Source: Methylosarcina fibrata AML-C10
GTDB taxonomy: Bacteria; Pseudomonadota; Gammaproteobacteria; Methylococcales; Methylomonadaceae
Length of the DNA: 24,000 nucleotides
Assembly (NCBI RefSeq): GCF_000372865.1
Contig: NZ_KB889965.1
Span: forward strand, 1,724,990-1,748,989
Direction of reading: 5' to 3'
The notes beneath the pieces were generated by a model, which was given only the letters and a program-made list of their open reading frames with translations, had not been told where the DNA came from and did not search any database. This document shows positions 8,066 through 16,481 of this stretch, piece after piece. The position numbers and the translations under genes were made by a program. How positions within the stretch are numbered: the first letter of the stretch is position 1; the number at the start of each line of letters is the position of its first letter.

Positions 8066-8806
8066 ATGGCTTCAATTCCGCTTTCGAAAATTTCTTTGGG
8101 TTCCGTAAAAAAATCATTACGGACGCAATACCCTGATATTCGATCATCACATTTGAGTGAAGCGCTTGCTGCTTCTTTACGTCGTCGCACACATGCATCG
8201 CTCCTTGCTGAATTGCCCAGTTTGGCCGTTGATCCTCCGATTGAACTGCTTGACGAGGCGCTGTTTGATCAACGTCTTCAGGAGTTTGGTTATCAGCCCG
8301 ACCCAGAATTCAGTTTTGAATGCCTAGAAAAAACGCATGTGATCCGTACAGCCGATATGTCTGCTTGGGATATCGAGTATAAGAGTGCTCGCGAAATGGC
8401 TTGGCGCAATCTAATAGTGCTAACAATCAATGCCGGTATAGAATTGAAACTATTTTCCTTGCGCCCTGATGACAATCGCTGGCCAGGGGCTGACAAGAGG
8501 GAATCTTGTCTATTTAATTTTTTATTGCCAAATGGCTTGCCGGCTAAAGGCTACGTATGTGATGCAGGCTGGGGTGAATTATCCGTACACGCTGCGGTGA
8601 ATCCTAATGGGGAATGGGTTAGGACGTCCAATGCAGGGTTTCATGCAGGTGATGCATTTGCTGCTAGTTGGCTGGAGCGTAAAAATGGCGCATGGCTTCA
8701 ATCTTCCACGTCGATGTTCAATTGCAAAAAGACAATTTTACATGCCCTCGCTGAACAAGTTGTAGAGCCTTTAGGTTACGGAGATAGGGGTAGGGTTATC
8801 ATGTAG
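8066..8806 (+). CDS. Hypothetical protein (246 aa).
   Basis: GGAGG RBS 6 nt upstream of the ATG, and a terminator hairpin downstream. No family was recognised. Its N-terminal SHLSEALAASL...THASLLAEL motif is shared with the 20333..21478 protein. Confidence 0.6.
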   Translation: MASIPLSKISLGSVKKSLRTQYPDIRSSHLSEALAASLRRRTHASLLAELPSLAVDPPIELLDEALFDQRLQEFGYQPDPEFSFECLEKTHVIRTADMSAWDIEYKSAREMAWRNLIVLTINAGIELKLFSLRPDDNRWPGADKRESCLFNFLLPNGLPAKGYVCDAGWGELSVHAAVNPNGEWVRTSNAGFHAGDAFAASWLERKNGAWLQSSTSMFNCKKTILHALAEQVVEPLGYGDRGRVIM

Positions 8807-8826
8807 CCACCCTGCCAGGTTCGGGA

Positions 8827-8848
8827 CTCCCCCGAAGAATCGGGGGAG
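8827..8848. terminator. Hairpin CTCCCCCGA-agaa-TCGGGGGAG between convergent genes.
   Basis: 9-bp GC-rich perfect stem followed by GATTT on the plus strand. It lies between the stops at 8806 (+) and 8853 (-). Confidence 0.5.
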
Positions 8849-8852
8849 GATT

Positions 8853-9790
8853 TCAGCGCTTCAATAGTTCACTGACAAATTCATGAAGCGACTTTTCCTG
8901 TTCTGTGCTCAGCGCGGCGCATGACAATGTCAGAGTTATCTTTCTTCCATTGTTTTTTAACTTGCCTACTGCCTTGCCTTTTTCGTTAATGAAAAGCATG
9001 GGTTCTGAATTTGATTGACTTCCAGGTGATAAACTTGGTTTTTGAATGGATGATGCTAATGTCGCTATTCTTTCGATCTCGGAAGCTACTCTTATCTGGG
9101 TCAATTCCCCGGCTTCAACGAGCTCAATCGCTTGTAGCGTTGCTTCACGATATCTTTGGTGGTCAATTGTTTCTTTGGCAAAGAGTCTCTTCAGTTCCTC
9201 TGCTGCAGTTCGATTCAGTAAAAAAGGGTTTTTATCCAAAACCGATCTCAACCACTCCGGCAGTTCCATAAACGCCAAATAACGGTAGAGTTCGCTTCTC
9301 GTTTTTTTAAGATAGCGAGCTAATTCAGTTCGGCTTCCAAAATTTTCTTCCACGCCATGAATGGCCAATGCCACTTCATAATCGCTCAAGCCTTCGCGAT
9401 CAAGGTTTTCAGCCACCGCAATCAATCGCATTTGCATATCATCGGCGCATTTCACTATTGCGCTGATATGCGGTTTTTTAAGTTGCTGATGAGCACGCCA
9501 GCGTCTTTCGCCAGCGATAATTTGAAACCGGTTTTCATGTTTTCTAACAACGATAGGTTCAATCAAACCGTGCACATCGATTGATTCAGCAAGCTGTTCA
9601 ATTTTTAATTGGTTAAAGTCTCTCCGGGGTTGCCATGGATTCGGGTCTATCAATTCCATTGCTATGGGTTGACTTTCGCCGTCGCTACTGGTCAATGAAA
9701 AAATTGGGCCCGAGGCCAAGTGTTGATCGAGATTGTTCTTGGATAAAGACTTCAACTTATCAAGAGGGGATTGCTTTTTGGTTTCATTCA
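8853..9790 (-). CDS. parB: ParB/Spo0J-family partition or DNA-binding protein.
   Basis: It has the ParB box GLIEPIVVRKHENRFQIIAGERRWRA and an HTH region. I prefer the ATG at 9790 (MNETKK), which has AAGGA upstream. The track start at 9815 has no SD and lies inside the palindromic motif at 9808-9824. Confidence 0.9.
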
Positions 9791-9807
9791 TTTTGGCGTT
9801 CCTTGAC

Positions 9808-9824
9808 TGTCTCATTCTGGGACA
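9808..9824. promoter_or_regulatory. Copy 2 of the 17-bp motif, TGTCTCATTCTGGGACA, in the parA-parB junction.
   Basis: Direct read; same orientation as the other copies. Confidence 0.55.
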
Positions 9825-9864
9825 GAGAAATTTTTTTTTCGACCCTTTGTGAGACGAGTCCTAT

Positions 9865-10704
9865 CTAATTCACGATGGTTTCTTGGTTGTTTTGTTCCAG
9901 GCCTAACTTTTCGATCAGATACTGCGCCAATTCCTCAAAATCCTTAGCCACTTTCCCGTCTTTTTCCATTTTCCGTATCGGCATCCGGGCAATTGACGCT
10001 TCGCCAACCTTTGCGCCTGCATGGATTACCATCGGCAATATATTGCCAATCTTCTCCTGTACTGTTTCAAAAATAGCTTTGCAGGCCCGTCTTCTTTCAT
10101 CGTGTCTTGAAATCAATACACCGATATTGATCAATTCCGGATTGATGCTTTCTTTGATCCGATTTATATATGCGGTAAGGTCGGCTACCCCGTATAAAGG
10201 GTACTGGCTGCTGGTTTCGATCGGAACTATGTAGTGGGTTGATGCGGCCAACGCATTGCCAGTAAGCAATCTAAGTGACGGCGGAGTGTCGATGATGATG
10301 ATATCGTACGCTTCGCGTAACATTTCAATACGCCGGCGCATCTCTTCGTATGGCCTTGGTGAATAATTTCTCAGCGACTCTTCAACTGACTGATCAAGTT
10401 CAAGCGATCCCGGTATTAAATGCACATTTTCAAATCCTGGGTTTGTTTCGATTTGAATCGACTCCATGATTTCCTCAAGACTGCCGCGAAACAATACGCT
10501 TGAGTTTTTACTTAATGTAGATGGGTGCGCGACACAAACATGAGTGCTTGCATTTGCTTGAGGATCAACGTCGATTAAAAGCACATTGAATCCTTGAGCG
10601 CCTAATTCGGCTGCCAAATTTACAGCAAGCGTTGTTTTGGCTGAGCCGCCTTTTTGAATGGCTACGGTAATGACCGGCGCTAATCCTGTTTTTTTCTCGC
10701 TCAT
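9865..10704 (-). CDS. parA: ParA/Soj-family partition ATPase.
   Basis: Deviant Walker A is AIQKGGSAKTTLAVNLA, and IIIDTPPSL is also present. AGGA RBS. Confidence 0.9.
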   Translation of the reverse strand: MSEKKTGLAPVITVAIQKGGSAKTTLAVNLAAELGAQGFNVLLIDVDPQANASTHVCVAHPSTLSKNSSVLFRGSLEEIMESIQIETNPGFENVHLIPGSLELDQSVEESLRNYSPRPYEEMRRRIEMLREAYDIIIIDTPPSLRLLTGNALAASTHYIVPIETSSQYPLYGVADLTAYINRIKESINPELINIGVLISRHDERRRACKAIFETVQEKIGNILPMVIHAGAKVGEASIARMPIRKMEKDGKVAKDFEELAQYLIEKLGLEQNNQETIVN

Positions 10705-10744
10705 TGTTTTTCCTGTTTTTTAAATTGAGTGATTTATGTGCCTG

Positions 10745-10761
10745 TGTCTCATTGTGGGACA
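10745..10761. promoter_or_regulatory. Copy 3 of the 17-bp motif, TGTCTCATTGTGGGACA, 41-57 bp upstream of the parA start.
   Basis: Direct read. The palindrome extends to CTGTGTC...GACACAG. Confidence 0.6.
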
Positions 10762-10844
10762 CAGCGATTCCTTCGAATCACGGTTCATTTTCCGCATATT
10801 TGAAATAATGCAACCAACCACAAAAAGATTCCTTTCCAGGAGGG

Positions 10845-10861
10845 TGTCTCATTGTGGGACA
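10845..10861. promoter_or_regulatory. Copy 4 of the 17-bp motif, identical to copy 3 and exactly 100 bp from it.
   Basis: Direct read. It lies between the integrase stop (10878) and parA. Confidence 0.6.
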
Positions 10862-10877
10862 ATTTTTATCGCTGCGA

Positions 10878-12572
10878 CTAAGATGCCTTTTCTTTGTCAC
10901 TCAATCCCAGTATGGCCTTGTATCGCTCATCCCGGTCGGTATGAACATAGATAGAGGTCGTGGCAATGTTGCTGTGACCAAGATTGTCTCGAACGATTGC
11001 TAAGGGGACACCGCTGGCAACAGCGTGACTACCATGGGTGTGCCGCAGCCAGTGCGTACTGGCTCGCTTTAGTTTTTCTGCTGCTAAAGGGTCTTTATCA
11101 GCTACTTCACTCGCCGCCTCTTCGAAAAATCCTTTGAGTTTTTGATATAGTCCTGACGCGCTAAGCGCTTCTCGACTTTCCCCGCGCAGCTTTCCGATAA
11201 TGGGCGTGTTCTCTGACACGTAGCCAACTGGACCGAGCTTTCTATCCCGAAGATGAGCATTAATTCCATCCATAAGGCTTGGTGGGATGGGTATCTCTCG
11301 ATGTTTATTACCTTTTCCAATAACATCAAGCCACCATTGATCGCCATCAAAGTTTGATACTTGCTTCAGGTCGCCAACTCGTGCATGCACTATTTCGTGT
11401 AACCGAAGCCCAGTTTGATATGCAAACTTTAGGATAAAGACCGTGCGCTGGTAACCATTGCGTTGCGATTCTGTTAAAGCAGTATTTTTTGCCTGATTCT
11501 CAGCAAATACGTTAATTTGCCCCCATAATGCAGGAGACAACACACGGTCTGTACTGTTGGTTCTTCGCCCATATCCTTGTGTGCTTAACCCTGTAAAAGG
11601 ATTGCTATCCAAATAGCGCTGCCCCACCAGCCATTCACAAAGACCGCTCAGGATGACTTCGGATTGGCGAATGCTGGATGGTTTAAGTGGCCCTTTTAAT
11701 GGGCGCCATTCCGGAGACCATCTTGGCGCTGGCTTGCCAACCCATCGATTGGCTGGATGGGGATCAGCAAGAAACCGCCTGTATTCAGCACAGTCAGGCA
11801 TTGTAATTGAAGACAAGGCCTTTCCTTTCTCAAGGATCGCCCAAAGCAGGAATCTTTCAGCTTCTTTACGATATGCGCGGTGTGTTGATGTGTCGTCGCC
11901 CCAGAGCGATAGCCATGCCATAATTGACTCGTAATCATTACGCGCATCAATTCTGCATCGTTCTATGGGTGCCCGGTTTGTACCGGCTTCACCTGTTAAA
12001 TGCGCAGGCGGAGCAAACCGTTCCAATGGTGCGATGCGATTACTAACGACAACCACATCAAAATTGGTCGCCTTTTTAGACGACAGGTCTAAAGAGATGC
12101 CTATATCATCCGCTGATGTCGAAAAAAAATCGTGGATTGCTTCTGCTGATTGCTTCCCAAGATTGGGTACTTTTTTCCACCAACTGCCACCGTGCTGATT
12201 GATAAACGCTGCGAGTTCAGCCAGTGTTTTTATTTTTTTGACGCAGGCTAACCGAGCCGAAATTTGCTGCGGGAGCCATCGGTTGTAATGATCTTCTGAT
12301 TGAGGCTTGGGATCTGGCTTTGACTTGAGCGTATCAACAGATTTGAGTGCTCGATTCATCCATTCCTGGCTGTATTCCCGATCCTGCTCCCATAGTTTTG
12401 CATCACCATCTATTCCTAGTTGCTGTGCTTTTCTTGCAAGTTTTTCGCGTAGCAGCCTAACAACACGCATAACCTCATTTCGGTCTGCGTCGTCGAGATA
12501 CATTTCCCCTATGACATCCCATGAGATGCCTTGAATCCAACTGCGTATTAATGCTAATTCACTAGGATTCAA
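10878..12572 (-). CDS. Tyrosine recombinase/integrase with a long N-terminal extension.
   Basis: The complete catalytic set is present: GLRLHE (R), GKGNKHR (K), HWLRHTH (HxxR), LGHSNIATTSIY (H, Y). The N-terminal extension contains an HhH-like segment, VPNLGKQSAEAI. The apparent TTG start overlaps the KfrA-like stop (TTGA), so the start is uncertain. Confidence 0.9.
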   Translation of the reverse strand: MNPSELALIRSWIQGISWDVIGEMYLDDADRNEVMRVVRLLREKLARKAQQLGIDGDAKLWEQDREYSQEWMNRALKSVDTLKSKPDPKPQSEDHYNRWLPQQISARLACVKKIKTLAELAAFINQHGGSWWKKVPNLGKQSAEAIHDFFSTSADDIGISLDLSSKKATNFDVVVVSNRIAPLERFAPPAHLTGEAGTNRAPIERCRIDARNDYESIMAWLSLWGDDTSTHRAYRKEAERFLLWAILEKGKALSSITMPDCAEYRRFLADPHPANRWVGKPAPRWSPEWRPLKGPLKPSSIRQSEVILSGLCEWLVGQRYLDSNPFTGLSTQGYGRRTNSTDRVLSPALWGQINVFAENQAKNTALTESQRNGYQRTVFILKFAYQTGLRLHEIVHARVGDLKQVSNFDGDQWWLDVIGKGNKHREIPIPPSLMDGINAHLRDRKLGPVGYVSENTPIIGKLRGESREALSASGLYQKLKGFFEEAASEVADKDPLAAEKLKRASTHWLRHTHGSHAVASGVPLAIVRDNLGHSNIATTSIYVHTDRDERYKAILGLSDKEKAS

Positions 12573-13498
12573 AGTGAAATCCTTTCGCCGGTTAGTTTTT
12601 CTGCAGGGCGGCGCTGTTTTTTGACCAACGCCTGCAACTTAACGGATCGTTCTTTCTCTTGAAGCAACGCTTTTTCCGTGCTTGACAGTTCGGCCCGCAA
12701 TTTGTCGACTTCTGCCTCTAGCTTACCTTGGCGTTCTAACTGATCTCCAACTTGATTCATGATTTGTGTCAGTCTTGCGCGTAACGATTCCTGATCAAGC
12801 CTTGCTGTTTCCAGGGATCGATTCAAGTTTGAAATGATTCTGGCTTGCTCGTTCTTTGCCGATTCCTTTTCTTCCTCAATCCGCTTCAGATGCCAAAGAT
12901 GATCTTTCTCAGATTTTTCCGACCATTCCTTGGCTTGAATCTCGTGTGATTTTCGTGCTTCTTCGAGTGCACCTTCTGCTCTTGAAAGATTTTCTCGATT
13001 AATAGCCAATGCGAATTCTGTTTCTTTGAAATTTTGCGTTGCGACTTCCAGGTTTTCGACCAAGCCATTAACCAAAGCGATTTGTTCGGCCAAGGCTTGG
13101 TTCAGTTCGTCTTTTTCAGACTCCCGTTGCTGTTGATTTTCTATTAATTTTTGTTCGAGACATTTGAGGTGAGATTTCCATTCAGACTCTCGGAGTGATA
13201 GCTCTTTCTCTTTTGCTTCGTATCCCTTCTTTGCCTCAATAAGAGCTAGATTCCAGAGTGATTCTGACGCATCCACGATAACCGCAGGTATATTTGGATT
13301 TTCTAACTTTTTACGATGCTTTTCGACAAAATGCAGAGTCCAATCATTCATCGCCCGCTTGATTACGGCGGGGCTATTCACATGAATGCGATCCCGAATG
13401 GCTTCAATCGTAGGAAACCGTCCGTCTTCCAAAAACACTGAATTGCAGCATTCGTAGGCAAGGGAATAGGTATCTGATCGCTTTTCCATTTCGCTCAC
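12569..13498 (-). CDS. KfrA-like protein: an N-terminal DNA-binding domain plus a long coiled coil.
   Basis: EDGRFPTIEAIRDRIHVNSPAVIKRAMNDW fits the KfrA_N pattern (G-x-x-PT...R......S..I.....W). The remaining ~230 aa are E/K/L/Q-rich coiled coil. There is a GTG start at 13498, or an ATG at 13489. Confidence 0.7.
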   Translation of the reverse strand: MSEMEKRSDTYSLAYECCNSVFLEDGRFPTIEAIRDRIHVNSPAVIKRAMNDWTLHFVEKHRKKLENPNIPAVIVDASESLWNLALIEAKKGYEAKEKELSLRESEWKSHLKCLEQKLIENQQQRESEKDELNQALAEQIALVNGLVENLEVATQNFKETEFALAINRENLSRAEGALEEARKSHEIQAKEWSEKSEKDHLWHLKRIEEEKESAKNEQARIISNLNRSLETARLDQESLRARLTQIMNQVGDQLERQGKLEAEVDKLRAELSSTEKALLQEKERSVKLQALVKKQRRPAEKLTGERISL

Positions 13499-13623
13499 TT
13501 CCCCAGGGACATTGCCAAGTCAAAATTCAGCTGAAGTTTTTTTTGTGCCCGTGTTGCGGCAACAGAAAGAATATTCAGAGCTTCGGTTTCAACAAAGCAT
13601 TTCTGTTCTTGCGTTAATTGCAT
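13495..13623 (-). CDS. Candidate 42-aa small ORF (MQLTQEQKCFVETEALNILSVAATRAQKKLQLNFDLAMSLGK).
   Basis: It is below the track's size cutoff. GAGGAA SD sits 5 nt upstream of the ATG at 13623. Its TGA overlaps the GTG start of the KfrA-like gene (GTGA). Confidence 0.3.
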   Translation of the reverse strand: MQLTQEQKCFVETEALNILSVAATRAQKKLQLNFDLAMSLGK

Positions 13624-13638
13624 GATTTCCTCGCGTCT

Positions 13639-13660
13639 GAGATTTTTCTAAAAAAATCTC
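13639..13660. promoter_or_regulatory. AT-rich palindrome GAGATTTTT-ctaa-AAAAATCTC between the upstream operon and the small ORF/kfrA-like gene string.
   Basis: 9-bp perfect arms. No U-tract follows on the minus strand, so an operator is more likely than a terminator. Confidence 0.35.
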
Positions 13661-13689
13661 ACGGACTTTAAAAAACGCAAGCGGCACTA

Positions 13690-14178
13690 TTAATACGCTT
13701 GCTCAATCCTCGACCTGGTTTTTTCGTCAAGTTCACTCCATACGGACATTACTGCTCTTCCTAATGCCGCCTGTTCATCCCTTTCTCGACCAAACATCCA
13801 ATAGGCGCCAACAACACTGACGGCCGATCCTGAGACGGCGATAGCCAGCGCAATCAATACTTGCGACCGCAGCGACAACCCATCCGATCGCTTCACTTCG
13901 TTGACCATCCGATTCACCGTTTTGGCCACTGATGCATTTAACTTTTCCTCGAACGCCTTTTTTTCCTTCTCTGCCACTACCGCAAATTCGACCTGCTTTT
14001 CGTGTGCATGACTTTCCACTTTTGAAATCGATGAAGCCAACTTGTCTTCCAGTTCAAGAACCAGTGGAACCATTTTGGCCTCCAAATCGCCGATCCTTTC
14101 AATGAGCACGCCGACGTCACCAATCGCTTCTATAATGAGCGCGTCCCTTGTCGTTCGTGGATGCCTGGTTTCGCTCAT
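13690..14178 (-). CDS. Coiled-coil protein with one C-proximal TM helix, in the third position of a traKLM/stbABC-like operon.
   Basis: 162-aa ORF with the TM segment VLIALAIAVSGSAVSVVGAYWMF. It starts 6 nt after the stop of the ParA-like gene. Confidence 0.6.
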   Translation of the reverse strand: MSETRHPRTTRDALIIEAIGDVGVLIERIGDLEAKMVPLVLELEDKLASSISKVESHAHEKQVEFAVVAEKEKKAFEEKLNASVAKTVNRMVNEVKRSDGLSLRSQVLIALAIAVSGSAVSVVGAYWMFGRERDEQAALGRAVMSVWSELDEKTRSRIEQAY

Positions 14179-14184
14179 GGTCTT

Positions 14185-14892
14185 TTAGGAAAATAGTTCC
14201 ACGTAACAAGCGTCCAGATTTCGATTAACGCTTTTTGCCAGAGCTTTAAGCCCAAACATCTCACTCCAATGGCTTCGCTTTTTATCATCCGCGTCCCTGT
14301 TATCGTGTAACAAAGCCTTATAGTTTTTTGGGTCAGATAGCAATTTTTCGATGGATAACTTTTTTATTGCCAAAACATCAAAGAGCTCGTTTTCAAAAAT
14401 GGCCGCTTTTGTATTGATTATTGCGTTGTTATTTTTACTAACATAATTAAGCAAAATCTGAAATTCATCATCAACGCTTGACTCGACACGATTAAATATC
14501 ACCCTTACCTTTTCTTTCGGCACTCCTAATCCTGCCAAAGTACCAATCATCGATGTTGTTTCTCTCTGCTCTTTTGTACCGTTTGTTACCGGTATAAGAA
14601 AATAGTCGAACTCAACATGTGATTCGTCGAATTTATGCATGCCTTCCAAAAAATCTTGGATATTTGATGCACCGATATCGATTATCACATCATCTTCTAC
14701 CATTAACCGTTTGAACAGCTCTCTGAACTTTTCCCCTTTTATTTTTTCAACCGCTATACCAATACTCTCCGCCGTTTCGTTAATGCTTTCCACCGCAATT
14801 ATTTGCGCTCCATTCATGCGTGGTGATAATAAATGCGTTGCGATAGTGGTTTTTCCAACGGTACCCGTAAAATTCATGATGGCTACTTTCAT
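14185..14892 (-). CDS. ParA-superfamily P-loop ATPase of the TraL (IncP) / StbB (R388) type.
   Basis: The P-loop is MKVAIMNFTGTVGKTTIA. VIIDIGASNIQDFLEGM resembles TraL's VVIDNGASSFVPLSHYL as I recall it. At 235 aa it is close to TraL's ~240 aa. Confidence 0.75.
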   Translation of the reverse strand: MKVAIMNFTGTVGKTTIATHLLSPRMNGAQIIAVESINETAESIGIAVEKIKGEKFRELFKRLMVEDDVIIDIGASNIQDFLEGMHKFDESHVEFDYFLIPVTNGTKEQRETTSMIGTLAGLGVPKEKVRVIFNRVESSVDDEFQILLNYVSKNNNAIINTKAAIFENELFDVLAIKKLSIEKLLSDPKNYKALLHDNRDADDKKRSHWSEMFGLKALAKSVNRNLDACYVELFS

Positions 14893-14924
14893 TGCCTTAT
14901 TCCATTTATTGTTTAACTTGTAAT

Positions 14925-15407
14925 TTAATCTTCTTGTTCGTTATCTTTAATTTCATCGTACTCTTCGTCATGTTCTCTAAGGGTTTTTATCCGCATATCT
15001 CGTATCTCCTTGGGAGTCAAAAATTTTTTATTGGCTTGTTCATTAATTGATTTTTCTTGCTGAGAATCTTTTGTTACTAAAACACTTGAATTATTTTCAT
15101 GGATATTCAATCTTATAATTCCTTTGTTTCCTTTTTGGTTTGTTTCTGGTTCTTGGTTATTGCCCTTTCTCTTTTTTCTAATCCGGTATAAGTTTTTCTC
15201 GAAAGTTTTAAGGCTCATACTGATACCAAGCGACTCGCTAATCGCTTCAAGAACTTTTTCCCGGCGCACCCCGGATGACAAGGCTAACTCCACTGAGTCA
15301 ATTACCTCCCTTAATTTGGCTGCCTCTGATTTCCCATCAATCCCGCTTGCCAGCTTCGCTAGCTTTTCAATCGCATCAGTTTTTCTGTTACCCAACGAAC
15401 GCCCCAT
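14925..15407 (-). CDS. Small basic putative DNA-binding protein (KorA/TrfB-like HTH), in the first position of the traKLM/stbABC-like operon.
   Basis: 160-aa ORF. VLEAISESLGISMSLKTFEKNLYRIRKKRKGN looks like an HTH plus a basic tail. AGGA SD lies inside the first upstream repeat. Confidence 0.55.
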   Translation of the reverse strand: MGRSLGNRKTDAIEKLAKLASGIDGKSEAAKLREVIDSVELALSSGVRREKVLEAISESLGISMSLKTFEKNLYRIRKKRKGNNQEPETNQKGNKGIIRLNIHENNSSVLVTKDSQQEKSINEQANKKFLTPKEIRDMRIKTLREHDEEYDEIKDNEQED

Positions 15408-15411
15408 AAAA

Positions 15412-15539
15412 TGTCCTACTAGTGCCCTGCGACTATCCTGCGGCGGTACTGAACTGTCATGAATTATTCATTTTTTTGTCCTGCACGCGTCCTATGAATG
15501 TCCTGTGGTTTTCCTTTAAATGACCTGCAAGTGTCATGT
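15412..15539. repeat. Phased iteron-like array of 9-10 copies of TGTCCTGC-like octamers at an exact 11-bp period, in two blocks.
   Basis: Block 1 starts at 15412 (TGTCCTAC), 15423 (TGCCCTGC) and 15434 (TATCCTGC). An isolated TGTCATGA lies at 15455. Block 2 starts at 15477 (TGTCCTGC), 15488 (CGTCCTAT), 15499 (TGTCCTGT), 15510 (TTTCCTTT), 15521 (TGACCTGC) and 15532 (TGTCATGT). Confidence 0.8.
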
Positions 15540-15573
15540 GCCAGCTTACCTAGAACCACAATGCAAATCAGAT

Positions 15574-15602
15574 CGAAAGAGGCGGGAAAACCGCTCCTTT
15601 CG
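15574..15602. other. Imperfect 12-bp hairpin CGAAAGAGGCGG-gaaaa-CCGCTCCTTTCG just beyond the repeat array.
   Basis: 10 Watson-Crick pairs, 1 G-U pair and 1 mismatch. The position is compatible with an oriT-type inverted repeat, but the function is unknown. Confidence 0.3.
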
Positions 15603-16481
15603 TTTTGGCGATGGATTGACGTTGACAATAGCTATTAGCTCAGTAGAGAATAAAAATTCGTTTATGGGTTTCCTGCATCAGGACGCACTAACCCGACAAG
15701 AACTGCGGCGATCGCAGTATAAAAAGCTTCGACCTCACCTGGACAGCCCATGTGGCGGCACGGATGTCACCAGGCCTAGGCTCACCAACACTGAGTCCTT
15801 TCCATCTTTTCCCGGCATATGCGCTGGAAAATCATCGCACTCAAAGTGCGTCTGTCGATCGCAGCATTGGCTGCTGTTGACCCATAAACCCTTTATCAAT
15901 TATTTGCGCTTTGAGCCCTTGGACGGTAACGCGTAATCAAATCTGACTGGTCAATTTTTTTTGCCCCTGGTCTTTTTTAAAAACATAGACACTTACAGTC
16001 TATGCCAACCCCTCAAAAATCCGCCTTGTAAAACAGAAGCCTATCCACTCCGCGCTTCCAAATTCTCAATAGGAAAAGCTGGGGTTTCTCATATTTTCAC
16101 TTTGAAAAAGCTCAGAATCAGGTATGACCCGGCCAAGAATATTGCGTTGGCTGGCTCGATTGACACCCACCTGTTAGGCATTTTTCATCAAGTTTTCGCC
16201 ACGCGCGGCGGAGAAGAAGTAGCGCATTGACGTTTGTTTTTTCTACACCCTGCTGGGAGGCCAGTCCCAAGCACCTTATGCTCACCGTCGAGAGAACTGT
16301 GTCCGTAGAAAAAGAGGCGTTGGGGATTCCTGTAGGAATTCCCACTGGAGCCGGTTATGCCTGCTCTCGACGTAAAAGATTTTTTTGGACAACCCGGCTC
16401 CACCCCAGAGCGGCTTGTAAAAGCTGTTCCGGCGTGGAGCTGTTGCAACATGGAGCAACAACTTTTTTCTATGAGGAATTT

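Noticed and set aside
8815-8848. A tRNA T-arm-like string (GGTTCGGGACTCC).
   Set aside because: No acceptor, D or anticodon arms can be drawn. The GC-rich stem is fully explained as an intergenic terminator hairpin between convergent genes.
11653-12534. Several plus-strand ORFs (75-93 aa) within the integrase locus, plus similar antisense ORFs in the parB, parA, MBOAT and ATPase genes.
   Set aside because: All are shadow ORFs opposite long, motif-bearing genes. None has an SD or a recognisable domain.
15412-15539. The possibility that the short repeats form a CRISPR array.
   Set aside because: The repeat unit is only 8 bp at an 11-bp period, with no spacer-sized unique segments and no cas genes. 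The pattern fits protein-binding iterons.
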